A stretch of 64,000 nucleotides of DNA from Emiliania huxleyi CCMP1516 (Eukaryota): assembly GCF_000372725.1 (NCBI RefSeq), contig NW_005201984.1:1-64000 (forward strand), in the 5' to 3' direction. The notes below the pieces were generated by a model. It made no database searches and was not told where the DNA came from. It saw only the letters and a program-made list of their open reading frames with translations. Positions within the stretch are counted from its first letter, which is position 1, and every line of letters starts with the position of its first letter. The translations under genes and the position numbers were made by a program. This document shows positions 45,322-56,680 of the stretch, in pieces.

Positions 45322-48300
45322 TTACTCGACTGCATACAGCGCCATGCGGTACGGCCCTCCCAGAGGTCTCCACCCAGCCACCTCGTCCTCGCATTCGGCG
45401 TCGTGCGCAGAGTCGAGGTGCGCGGGAGGCGCCGCCAGCGGCAGGCACTGCGCCTTTCCTGGCGCGTTGAAGCCGCCGGGGTACTCCATTCCGAAGCTGC
45501 TCCACCCCGCCGCGAGCGCGGCCTCGGCGCAGCCGGACAGCGTCCGCCCGCCGGGGAGGTGTCCCAAGATGCGCAGCGCGCCTATACTCCGTGGTCGCGA
45601 CAGGATGTGTGGGGGCGCCGGGTCCTTGTTTGTAGCGGATCTTCACGGGCACGGCCGCGCGCCCTCGTTGACGAAGCATCCGATATAGGTGACGGCCCCC
45701 GGCGGAGGAGGGGAGGGCGCGGAGGGAGGCGAGCAAGCCGCGCAGCCCTGGCACCTCGGGTCGCTGCATGTCTCGTGTCTCCCGTGCCAAAGTTGTTGTG
45801 CGCACCCGTCAAAGCACCGAACGGCGAGCAGCGCGTCGAGCGCGCCGTCGCAGCAACCATGGTACGCGGGCTTGAGGCGGTACTCTTCGTCTAGGAGGAG
45901 AGGCTCGTCGGCGCCAAACTCGTAGTGGATCCACGAGTGCTGGTCGGTGAAGCCCCAAAACGTGAGTCCCTCCATCTTTGGCTGCACAAGCGCCATTGCC
46001 AGCAGCGCGCGATAAGCGTTGCGCTGTCGCCACCTGCGCTCGCTGGCCGGCCACCCGCTAATGCGCATGTCGATCTCTGACAGCGTAATCTTGAGGCCGA
46101 GGTCAGCGAAGCGTCTGAGGTTGGCCGCTGCTTTGCTCATCCAAGCCGCTACATCGCCGTCAATCTCGAGCTCGGGGCCCTTGACGTGGGTCTGGAAGCC
46201 AACCACGTGGATCGGCACGCCCTTCTGAAGCAGCCCACGGACCATCTCGTACATTCGGTCCGCCTTGTCGCCACCGTCGATCACGTTGTAGTCGTTGTAG
46301 ATGAGGTCAGCGGACGGGTCGGCGTCGTGGGCGGCCCTGAACGCGGCCTCGATGAAGTCCGGCCCGAGTTTACGCATCAGAAGCGAGTTGCGGTAGGTCT
46401 TGCCGTCGCCGTGGTGGGAAGCGTCGCCCCGCTTGTCCGCGATGACTTCGTTGACAACGTCCCATGCGGGGATGCGGCCCTTATAGCGTGCGACGGTGAT
46501 CCTGACGTGGTTGAGCATCTCCCAGCGCAGCGCCTCTGCCGACAAGCTCTCTGTCACCCACGGCGGCATTTGGTCGTGCCAGATCAGCGTGTGGCCCTTG
46601 ATTCGCAGCCCGTGCCGCTGGCAAAATCTCACGAACTCATCGGCCTCGTCCCAGAACCACTTTCGCCGCTGCGGCTGCAATGACACCCACTTCATCTGGT
46701 TGCCGGGAGCGGCAGCGTTGAACTCACCAAGCAAGTTTGCCACGTACGTCTGGTTCGAGAGGAGAGCGTTGAACTGAATAGCAGTGCCTGCGGCGGGCGA
46801 AGGCGACCTGTCGAAATTTTGAGCCCCGCGTGGCCGCAGCTGTGACTATGCAGCGCACCAAGGTATCGCGGCTGGCCGGCCATGGGAGGCAGCATCGACA
46901 TGATGTCCTGGGGACGAGATCAAGGGGACAGACGGGGTCAGCCAGCGGGGCCAGACTGTTTAGGTCAGCTACAATGACTCCGCGCGACAGAACTCGATGC
47001 CTACCGCGTAGCAGCTATCAGCATCGAACCGCAAGACGGCCTCGACCGCGTTCGTCGAGCAGCCTAGGGCTTAGTCCAAGCGATGCAAACTGCGCAGGCA
47101 TCGGCGGGTATGGCGGCGCCGATGGCGGCGGTGGCGGTAAGGGGTTTGGTGGTGGCGACGGCGATCGCAGATCGACCGTGCACCGGAAAACCCGAATTTT
47201 ACCCGCAGCTTGATCAGGAAGGAACCTGTCGCAGGTACGTGTAAGCTTGCACCACGCCCTGGAGCCCTCAGGGGCTCGGTATGGTTCCCAGGAGGCGAAA
47301 AAGAAGCACTCTGGCTCGGCCTCGCACTGACTCCGGCACTGCTCCTCAGCATCCTGTCCGAACATGAAGCCGGCAAAGATTATCGGCGTGTCGTGGCACT
47401 GCGCTGGAAGTCTGGACCACTTTGGCGTATTGCATATTTTTTCGAGCGGGGCGTCTTTCGGCGTTGAGTCACGAGGCGCTGTTGGTGGCGCCGGTAGAGG
47501 CGATGGCGGCGGTGGAGGCGGTGGCGGAGGCGGTGGCGGAGGTAGCAACAACGGTGCGCGGCTCGAGCAAGAGAAGACGGCGACGTCGTTGCCAGCCGGG
47601 TCCGGCCAAAAGCCAGGGCAGTTCGAGGTGAGTCGACACCATCCCCTGTAGAGCCCGTAGAGCCCCCCCTCGCTAGGCCGGGATGGCCAAACAGAGGCAA
47701 AGTTGCATTCCGGGCGCTCATCGCACATATTCCGGCACACGGTCTTGGTATCGTAGCCGTCAACAAAGTTGGAAAAGACTGGGTTCGAGTCGCCGCAGTA
47801 GTCACCATTGGACTCCTCGCGCTTGCTGCAAGCCTTCGGTGGCGGCGGTGGCAATGGGAGTGGTGGTGGCGATGGCGGTGGCGGCCGGAAGAACGCCCTT
47901 TTCGCGGGAGTCGAGCAATTGAAGACAGCGACTCCGTTGCCTGCTGCGTCTGGCCAGACCGTCTCGCAGCTTTCTGTGAGTCGACACCACTTCTGGTTGC
48001 CCTTGTTGGCCTTTGATGGCCAGATGGAGACATACATGCAGGTTGGGCGTCTCTTGCATATGGCCTGGCACGCAGCTGTTGCATCGTCGCCATCATCGCC
48101 TTCGACGTTGTTGGCGAAGATGGATGGCGAGTCGCCGCAGTATTGACCGATATCAATCGATGCGCGATAGCTGCAGTCTCTGACCGCGGGGCCTCCTGGC
48201 GGCGGGGATGGTGGCGGCGGCGGGGATGGCGGCGGCGGCGGCGGGGGGGCGGATGGCGATGGCGGCGGCGGGGATGGCGGCGGCGGCGGCGGGGGGGCGG

Positions 48301-49501
48301 ATGGCGATGGCGGCGGCGGGGATGGCGGCGGCGGCGGCGGGGGGGCGGATGGCGATGGTGGCGGCGGGGGGGGTGATCGCAGTGGCGGTGGCAGCGGTGG
48401 CGGCGGCGGCGGCGTTGAGCATTGACTACAACTGCTGCAGCCACCCCAGCTGCACCTCACTCTCCAATGGTGCGTCTTGACAAAGCAAAAGGGCGGGCAC
48501 CGGGGCGGATCCGGCTGCGCCCTGGCGGCGACAGTCGAGCAGGAGTAGGTTGCGACGTCATGCCCATTCGCCACCGGCATAGTCTGTTCACAGCTTGCAG
48601 CGAGTCGACACCACCCCGTGGTCCAGACGGAAGCAAACTCGCACGATGGATCTGCCTCGCACATACTCTGACACGCCACCGTAGCATCAGTTCCCCCGAC
48701 ATTACCAGCGAAGGTGGGCTCGTCCATACACACTTGACCAACAGCAAGCGATATGCGTTTGCGGCATGATCGCGACGGAGGCGACGACGGTGAGGGTGGC
48801 GAGGGCGGAGGCGAATTGGAAGGCGAAGCTCGGTCTCCCGACCAGACGAGATCGTTGTCGTGCCCGCAGCCAGTTCCCTTGCTGCAATCGTCCAGCAGCT
48901 CCCCGGAGGTGCACAGGCGTCCGCCGGCGGCCGCGCAAAGTGCTTCGGCTTTCAGCAGCGTCATGTCGCCAGGGCAGTCACCCATCCCTCCGCCCTCTGA
49001 CCCCGCCCAGACTGAGCAATCCTTGTTTTTGCGCCACGGTGGGTCCTTTTCCAAGTCCGAGCAGCAGCGCACCGGGTGCAGCTCGGCCGGGTCCGCCCAC
49101 CGCGGACTCTCCGAGCACCTCCCTTGCCGTCCGCACTCGACCCACGCCTGCTGGTTGAGCCCCGAGCACTGCGTGCAGCCTCCGCACGTTTTCCAGTTGC
49201 AGAGCACATCCCAGCCCTGTGTCCTTCGGGCGCACGTTTCCTTGCAGATGGGTGGTGGTGACGCCGCCGGAGGAGGAGGTGGGGACGGCGGATTGGGGCT
49301 CGCAGAGCTCGCGGCACATAATTCACAGGCTCCGCAAATGTTCCAGCTGCAGATGGCGTCCAGGCGGTGCGTCGTGCTGCCGCACCATGGCCTGCACTTG
49401 AGCTCCGGCGGCGGCGGCGGACTTGGAGCCGAAGTGACGCTCAGGGCTACCAAGGCAATGGCGGTCACCTGGGCAGTCCTGGCAGAGCGCGGCGGTGCCA
49501 T
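45322..49501 (-). CDS. Secreted multi-modular GH10 endo-xylanase with Cys-rich/PAN-like repeats, Ser/Pro linkers and a C-terminal WSC-like domain; exons 49501-47030, 46907-46859, 46787-45663, 45581-45322
   Basis: Signal peptide; GH10 motifs GNQMKW, KGHTLIWHDQMP.W, WDVVNE, LIYNDYN, GFQTH, TLSEIDMR, TFWGFTDQHSW, KPAY; last exons YIGCFVNE..C..FGMEY..C..LGGPYRMALY. Confidence 0.92.
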
Positions 49502-49947
49502 TACGCGCTACCTATCAGTGAGAGGTGCGACACGATTCGTCCACTCATTGAAACGAATGAGCGATCGTCCGCTCAATGAGTTGTAGTTGCGCCTTTTTCC
49601 ATTCGCCACCGGACCGTCATGAGCACTTGAGTCCTGTAACAAGCGGGATCCGGGATGTCTGGAACTGGATTCACCGAGACAGCATCCCGTGGCGTCACCT
49701 CCGGGTCATTCACATTCTGGAGCGGTTTGTATTTGCCCCCAGCTCTTCGACATACGACATTGCAAAAATCTCTCTCTAGTGTCTAGATAAGTGGCAAATG
49801 CACTGATTCCGAAACAAACGGTATTGCTAAAAATATCTTGCTTGATTCCGAGGAGGCTGTGAGCGACTGAGACCGAGATTGTGGCCGAGGCTGTGTAGTG
49901 ACCGAATTAACCCCCGAAGCTCGTTTGTTTCTGCAGAGAGAGAGGCG

Positions 49948-50827
49948 CTGAGGGAGGGTGTAGAGGATGTAGAGTGTAGAGCGCTGTAGAGCTGTAGAGA
50001 TGTAGAGCGCTCTGGAGCGCTGTAGAGCTGTAGAGCTCTACATCCGCCGCCGCGGGACGAGGCGCCTCCGTTGTAGAGCGATGTAGAGCGCGATTTTGTT
50101 GTAGAGTTTGTTGTAGAGGCTCTACAGCCAAACCGCCGGGAAGGCAGTGGCTCAAAGAGGTCGAGCCGCGCTAATGGGGTGTCTCCGAGCTTACTGGAGC
50201 TCTGATGGACGGCCCTGACTATCCCTGACACACAGAGAGTCACTCTGATGGCACACAACACCCCATAACTGCGTCATCACCAGCCTGCCATGCGTCGCCG
50301 GTGCCGCATTCATCGCTGTGCTTCTTTAGCAGGCGGTGGACTGTCGGCTGCGAGGACGGTCGCATTTGCGCGAGGCGAGGCGAGCATTGCTGCGCGTTGC
50401 ATGCGCCATGACTCGCGCCAGCGCGTGCGGGAGCTCCTGGCTGAGCGTTGAGTCCAGGCGAGTTGCGCTGGCCACTACCGCTACGCCGAGCCGAGCTGAC
50501 GCGCCGAGGCGCCGGCCAGTCGCAGCCGTGAGGCATGCCATAGCAGCAGAGGCACCTCCTACCCATTGGGCGGGCAGACAGAAGGCCAGGGCCGCACTGG
50601 CAAGTGCAACGCGCATGTCGGAGAGCGACGTGCCTCGTTCGCCGCTTATGATGTAGAGTTTGTTGTAGAGATTTCACGCTGTAGAGCGCCTCTACATCGC
50701 TCTACAACGGAGGCGCCTCGTCCCGCGGCGGATGTAGAGCTCTACAGCTCTACAGCGCTCTCCAGCGCTCTACATCTCTACAGCTCTACAGCGCTCTACA
50801 CTCTACATCCTCTACACCCTCCCTCAG
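49948..50827. mobile_element. Long-TIR (foldback/MULE- or hAT-like) non-autonomous element, 880 bp
   Basis: ~140-bp TIRs built of TGTAGAG/CTCTACA repeats; flanking direct repeat GAGAGGCG (49940-49947, 50828-50835). Confidence 0.9.
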
Positions 50828-50884
50828 GAGAGGCGCTCGCTCGCTCACAGCCCGTTTCTGGAGGGGGTGGGGGGCGAGATAGTA

Positions 50885-51048
<164 letters not shown>

Positions 51049-51286
51049 ATACGACTCCGCCGGCGCTTTCCTTAGTTTTTCCACGGCCGGAGATCCCCCC
51101 CCATTCCATTCACGAACCTCGCCTCGCGATTCGACGGAGGGAATGATTCTTGCTGTGACCTTCTCATTTCACGACCCCTTTTGTCGTAAAATTCTCATTT
51201 CAAGAAACAAGAAAAAACTCGCGGAATCTTCTCGGCAACTCTCTCAAGCTCACCACGATTCCGCTTCGAAGGCCCTGTCAAGGTCG

Positions 51287-52526
51287 ATGCTGTCTGGCGA
51301 TTCGCTCCGCCGCAGCTTTCGCCACGCGGTGGTCGAGTCGTCCTCGCTCCCACCTGCTGAGCGCCTCATCATGTACGACGCGTGCGACTCCCAAGAGGTC
51401 TCGCAGTCGCTGGGCGGCTCTGCGGGCTACCGCAAGCGCCTTGACGCCCGGCGCGGCAACAAGCCCAAGAAGGCCGACAACCAGCGGGACGTTTGCACCC
51501 CGTTTGACCACGCCGCCTTCAATTTCAGCAAGATCTCCAACCAGCGCGAGATTTTGGCGGTGCTCCCGGAGTACAACATTCTCACGAACCGGTTCCCGCT
51601 CTTCCCGGGGCACTGCCTGCTAACGGCCAAGGCACTCGTGCCGCAGCAGCTCTCTGCGACGCACCTCTCCGCCATCGTCCGCCTCGTCTCCCACTCCGGC
51701 TTCTCTGCCTACTTCAACTCCTGGTGCGACCTCCTCCCACACACTCGTGGCGCCTCTCGCCACACGTCAGAGCGGTCGCCCTCTTGGGGAGCCACCCGGC
51801 CTAATCGCCGCGCCGCCCCGACCGCCGCCCCCGGCTTTGCTCAGGTGCGCCTCCGCGTCCGTTAACCACTTCCACTGCCACTTGATCGACGAGCTTCCGC
51901 CGGTGGCGCAGCAGCGGCTCGTCTCTGGCCCACGCGTGCTGGGCGAGCCGACCCTCCGCCCGGCCGAGAGCAGCGGCTCGTGCTACGTCTTTGGCGCCTC
52001 GCAGCTCGGCCTCGTTGGCCGCGCCGTCTCGGCCATGCAGGCGGAGAACCAGCCGCACAACCTGCTCTTCACGCCGCTGCACATCTACGTCTGGCCAAAG
52101 CCTCTGCAGCGGCCGGCGCGCTCGTTCGACCTCTACCCCGAGACGGTCGGCGGTCCCGAGCTGGTCGGCTCCTTCACCGTGTACACGGAGCGCGACTTCG
52201 CCAAGCTCTCCGCCGCGGCAGCCGACGAGCTCGTCCGCATCAACACCGCGCCGCTGCCGGAGCGGCTGCTCAGCGGCGGCGACGATACCCGCCCCGCCAC
52301 GGCGCCCGCGGCGGTAGAGGCGGCCTCCTCCTCGTCCGACGAGAGCGACAGCGAGGCCGGCCCGCCCCCGAAGCAGCCGCGAACGGCGGTGCGGGCGTGC
52401 CAGTCGCTCGACAGCTTGTCGCTCGTCAAGCTGCTCCGCTCCGGCAGCGGGCTCGACGAGCTCGCGCTGCCGCTCGCGCTGAGCAAGTCGTGCCTCAACC
52501 GCTCGGGCGGGCTCGAGGTGAGCTAG
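51287..52526 (+). CDS. GDP-D-glucose phosphorylase / VTC2-like HIT-family nucleotidyltransferase; exons 51287-51723, 51845-52526
   Basis: PFDHAAFNFSKI, ILTNRFPLFPGHCLL, spliced FNSWCASASVNHFHCH (cf. GDPGP1 FNSLGxxASVNHLHxH), NQPHNLL. Confidence 0.85.
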
Positions 52527-53032
52527 CGCACCGCACGCCGGCGCGAACAAACCCAGCGTGGAGCTCGGGGCGCTGCGCCGGCTCCCGCTTCGACTCCGCA
52601 CGCGCCAGTCGGCGGCGGAGGAGGGACGAGGCGGGTTGTGGGCGGGGGGGGGGGGGTTCAGAGCTCGAACTCCACAGGGGCCGCTACGGCACGGATGTGT
52701 CGATTGCGCTTGTCAATGGAGTCTCACAGGGCCGGGGGAGGGTGGGCACACAGCTGTCGTCACGCTCTCGCTGCGATATGCGCCGAGAGATATCGATATC
52801 AATTCCATATCAGAAAAAGTGTGTTTCTATACATTTGCCGTATATAAAGCAAAGGAAAGGAAAGGAAAGAGCCGGACGGGCGTGCAGGCGCGGCGTGGCG
52901 CGGGCGCGGCGTGTCCCCCCCCCCCCCTACTAGGCGAGTTACTACGGGCGGGGTCGGGGGCCCTACTCTACTACGGCTTTAGCGTCTAGCCCCCCCCAGT
53001 CGTGTCTCCCCTAGTACGACTTGAGGATGCCC

Positions 53033-54114
53033 CTAGTACGACTTGAGCACTTCCGGATCAGGCGGCAGCCTCTCCTCAAGCAGCCGCTTGGTGGCGTACG
53101 CGGTGTTTTCGCGCCACAGCCACCCGGCGAGCTCGCGCAGCGTCCGCGTCTGCGCGCGCCAGGAGCCGCCCTCGGCAAAGACTGGCGTCGATTTCGCCTC
53201 CTTGCGCAGCCGCGCCTGCAGCACGTCGGCGGGTAGATGGTCCTCCACCTCGTAGTACTCGAGCTCGTACGCCGCCTCCGGCTCCGCCTCCGAGGTCGGC
53301 GGCACGCGGAAGACGTGCCCAAACACGGCGCGCGTGCGAGGCATGTGGAACCTGTTGTTTACGACTGCGAGTGTGCGCAGCCCGCGCGGGTCGGTGTGCA
53401 GCAGCCGCGTGAAGAGCGCGTTGCCGACCGTCTCGAGCGAAGCGCTCTCCTCCAAGATGGCGTCGGGAGGCACTCCTCGCCGCGTGAGGTAGAGGGCGTT
53501 GTCCGCCGCCTCGTGCCTGTTCAAAGCTGCAGCTGTCAGCAGGCGCTGCTCGCAGCGCGCCCCGCTCCGTCGTCGCTCGCCGGGTGCCTCTCGAACCCGC
53601 CCGCGTCGTGCGGGCACGGCTTGTGGGGCGTCCCCCACGCCGTCGTGATGACAAACGGCTTGGGCACGGGCGAGCGCTCGTACAGCCGTATCGCCTCCTC
53701 GAGCCGCGCGGCGACGTGTGCTGGCGGGCCGTCAACAGCCTGGCCGCCTGCCGGCACGACGATCGCGTGGTACCCTCCTGGCGGCACGTGTGGCGGCCGG
53801 TGCGGAACAATCTGGTGCGCCGTGGAAGGGTCGTCGGCCGACGGGAGCGCCGGTCCGACCAGGCTCCCGAAGAAGAGGAGTTGGCAGAGACACGAACCAC
53901 CGAGGCCGGAAAAGACGCCCAGCAGGTAGAGCGGCTTTGAGAGCAGGCGGAGGTAGCGGCTCCCGCGTCCACCAGCGAGGTGGCGCTTGGCGCGGCCGGG
54001 TGTCTCTGGCGGGAGGGTTGGGTTCAGGCGGCTCCAGTCCTCTCGCATGCGCCTGTGCCGGCCTCCCTCCGTAGCATAGCCGGCACCATGCTCATTCCCC
54101 GCAGACATCCGCAT
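53033..54114 (-). CDS. DUF218/YdcF-family protein with N-terminal TM; one GC-AG intron ~53518-53587
   Basis: AIVVPAGG, RLEEAIRLY, GTPHKP, EAADNALYL..GVP..AILEESASLETVGNALF, VVNNRFHMPR. Confidence 0.85.
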
Positions 54115-54302
54115 GGCTTCCTGCCGGCCCGGTGTGGTGCGCGGGAGGCAACTATCGGTCGACGGGGCGCGACGTGTTTCTTTTTTGTGAACCCTTGATC
54201 TTAAAAAGAGATGAAGGACCTTCCTTAGGTCCGCCTCTCACACCCTCACTGTCTGCGATGTGAGCTTCTTTTTTCTTATCAACTCTGTCTCTCAGACACA
54301 CA

Positions 54303-54337
<35 letters not shown>

Positions 54338-54571
54338 TAGAGCTCTCCACCTATCTGTGTGAATCGCTAGGTGAATATCGTGCTTGTGCGACCGCCTTTA
54401 GTTGTAAAATTCTTTTCTCCCTCCCCCCTCCCCCCACCCAGCACCACCACCACACAGCTGACGTCGCGCCTCCCTCCCCAAACAGCAAAATCCCTTCCGA
54501 CCCCTCTCCTACCCGCCTAACCCCATCGTCAGAGACACATCGCGGTCGGCAAGCCGCTCTCGCCCCGGAGC

Positions 54572-56471
54572 TCAAGCGTCCGCGACCGCAATCTTCTCAA
54601 TCTGCTCGGCAATTTCGTCCGCCGGCGACGGCGCGGCATCCGCGCCGGCGGCGTTGCCGCCCGACCCGGCCGGCTGCGCCGAGCCGCCGGTCGCCGGCGG
54701 CGCGGAACCCACCTCGCGCGTCGAACCGGCAGACCGCTCCAGCGCCGCGCGCGCCAGCACAGACTTGATTCGCTTGGGCGGGACGCGGCATCCGGCGGCG
54801 GCGGCGAGCTCCTCGGCGAGGGCGGCGTGCCCGCACTCGAGCGCCAGCTGGTGCGGCAAGAAGCCGCCGTCGTTGCGCGTGTGCGGCCCGTGCCCAAAGG
54901 TGCGCAGCGCCTGAGCCGCACGGGGGTGGGTTCGGTTCGCTGGCTCAGGGAGCACCGCCCAGCACCGCCCAGCATCGCCCCCCCCTTCTCTCGCAACCCC
55001 CCGCCCCCCTCCCGGGCCCCTGGGGGGCGGCGAGCGCGCGCCTCGGCGATGGCGGCAGGCGAGGCGCCGTGCAGCGCCGCGACGTGCAGCGGCAGATTCC
55101 CAGCCGAGTCCCTCTGGCCCGCGAGCTCTGGCCGGCAGCGCAGCAGCCTCAGCTGCGACTCCTCAGCAGCGGGGCCGGCGGCAAAGGCGGCGTGCCTGTG
55201 GAGAGGGGAGGCAGGCGGGGGAGGAAGGGTGGGAGGAGCGAAGTGGCGCGGGCCGAGCAGGCAGCAGGCAGCAGGCAGCGGGCAGCAGGCAGCGCGGCGG
55301 AGTGGGGGGGGGGGGGAGAGGGCGGCGGACTGGAAGGGTGCGCGTGTCGCTGCCTCTGTGGTGAGGGGTGCGAGGTGCGGCAGGGGAGGGGAGGGCGCGG
55401 TTTCTCGGGCGCGAGTGCTACGCGGCCAGCCGCCGCCGGAGCGCCGAACCCGCTGCGGCTAAGGTGCTCCCGGCGCGCACTCTCGCGCCGTCCCTGGCTG
55501 TCCCCTCTCTCGCGCAACTACCGGCGCACAAATCATTCGAGTGGCGATTGCGCATGCCCTCAAGAACGGCGGCGATACCGAGGTGCCCCTCCAGCCGCGC
55601 CACGTCGAGCGGTGTCCTCCCCGTCTTGTTTGAAAACTCGAGGCCGTCGAGGTAGGCGAGCGCGCAAGCCACGACAACCGCGGCAGAGACACCGGCGGAG
55701 GCGGCGTAGTGCAGCGGCAGGTTGCCGCCCTGGTCGGGCTGCGCGGCCAGCTCCGCGTGCAGCAGCAGCCACAGCTGCTTCTGTTCCGCCGCGGGCCCCT
55801 CGACCATGGCCCAGTGCAGCGCGTTCTTGCCAGCCGCGCGCGCCGGGCTGCACCCCTCGGCGCCGCGCCCGTTGGAGGGCGCCGGGCGGCGGCAGACCGC
55901 CTTGCTGGGGTTGATGGGCTGGGCAGCCTCCGCGGCGTGCTCTGGCGCCGAAGCAGTCTCCTCGTCGCGCCGCGGCCCCGACGCCGCCGACACCACTGCT
56001 CCTGACCCCTCAAACTCGAGCGCGAGCGCCGCGCCAGAGTTGGGGCCCGTCGTGTCGTCGCCGGAGACGGTAGGGGCGCAGGGCTTCGCAGCAGCGACGT
56101 GCTCCTCGAAGGTGATCGGCCGACGCACGCCGCGGATCTCAGCGCTGTACGTGTGAAGGGCTATGGTCAGCTGAGCAGCAGGCGCTCGCCCACCGAACAC
56201 GCGCGCCGCGGGGTGAGAGTGGGGGCTGGGGTAGGGTTGGCGTGGAAGCGCACATGAGGTTGCGCAGCGCATAGTTTGGCACCACGTTGCGGTGTAGCAG
56301 CGACGTGTTGGTCGCTGGCGACGTGTCCCGCGAGAGGAGCCACTGCGTTATCGCGGCGCGCTCATAAGAGTGGCCGTCCGCGCAGACCACAGGATCCTCC
56401 ATGATCTCCTGGGTGATCGGGCAGATGGCTGCTGGCAGGTCTCCCGCCGAGATCGTCTGCCGTTTACCCAT
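54572..56471 (-). CDS. U-box plus ankyrin-repeat protein (putative E3 ligase), multi-exon
   Basis: U-box ICPITQEIMEDPVVCADGHSYERAAITQWL..TSPATN..VVPNYALRNL; ankyrin-like GKNALHWA, GNLPLHYAA, GRTPLDVA, GNLPLHVAA, GFLPHQLA. Confidence 0.88.
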
Positions 56472-56680
56472 CCTGCCCGGCCGGCCACCAGCCGCTGCAG
56501 AAGCGGCCACCCGAAAGCGACAGCGCCTGTTCCAGCACGCCGGAAAAAATGTTCGTCCGGCTTTGTTTCGTTTGGGTGCGCCGGAACCGCTTGCTTGCCA
56601 CGTAAGTTTGTCGGAAAATGGCGAGTAGAGATCACGCAAGCGAACCGACCCCGCCGGACCCCTGAAAGGGAAAGGAGCGT

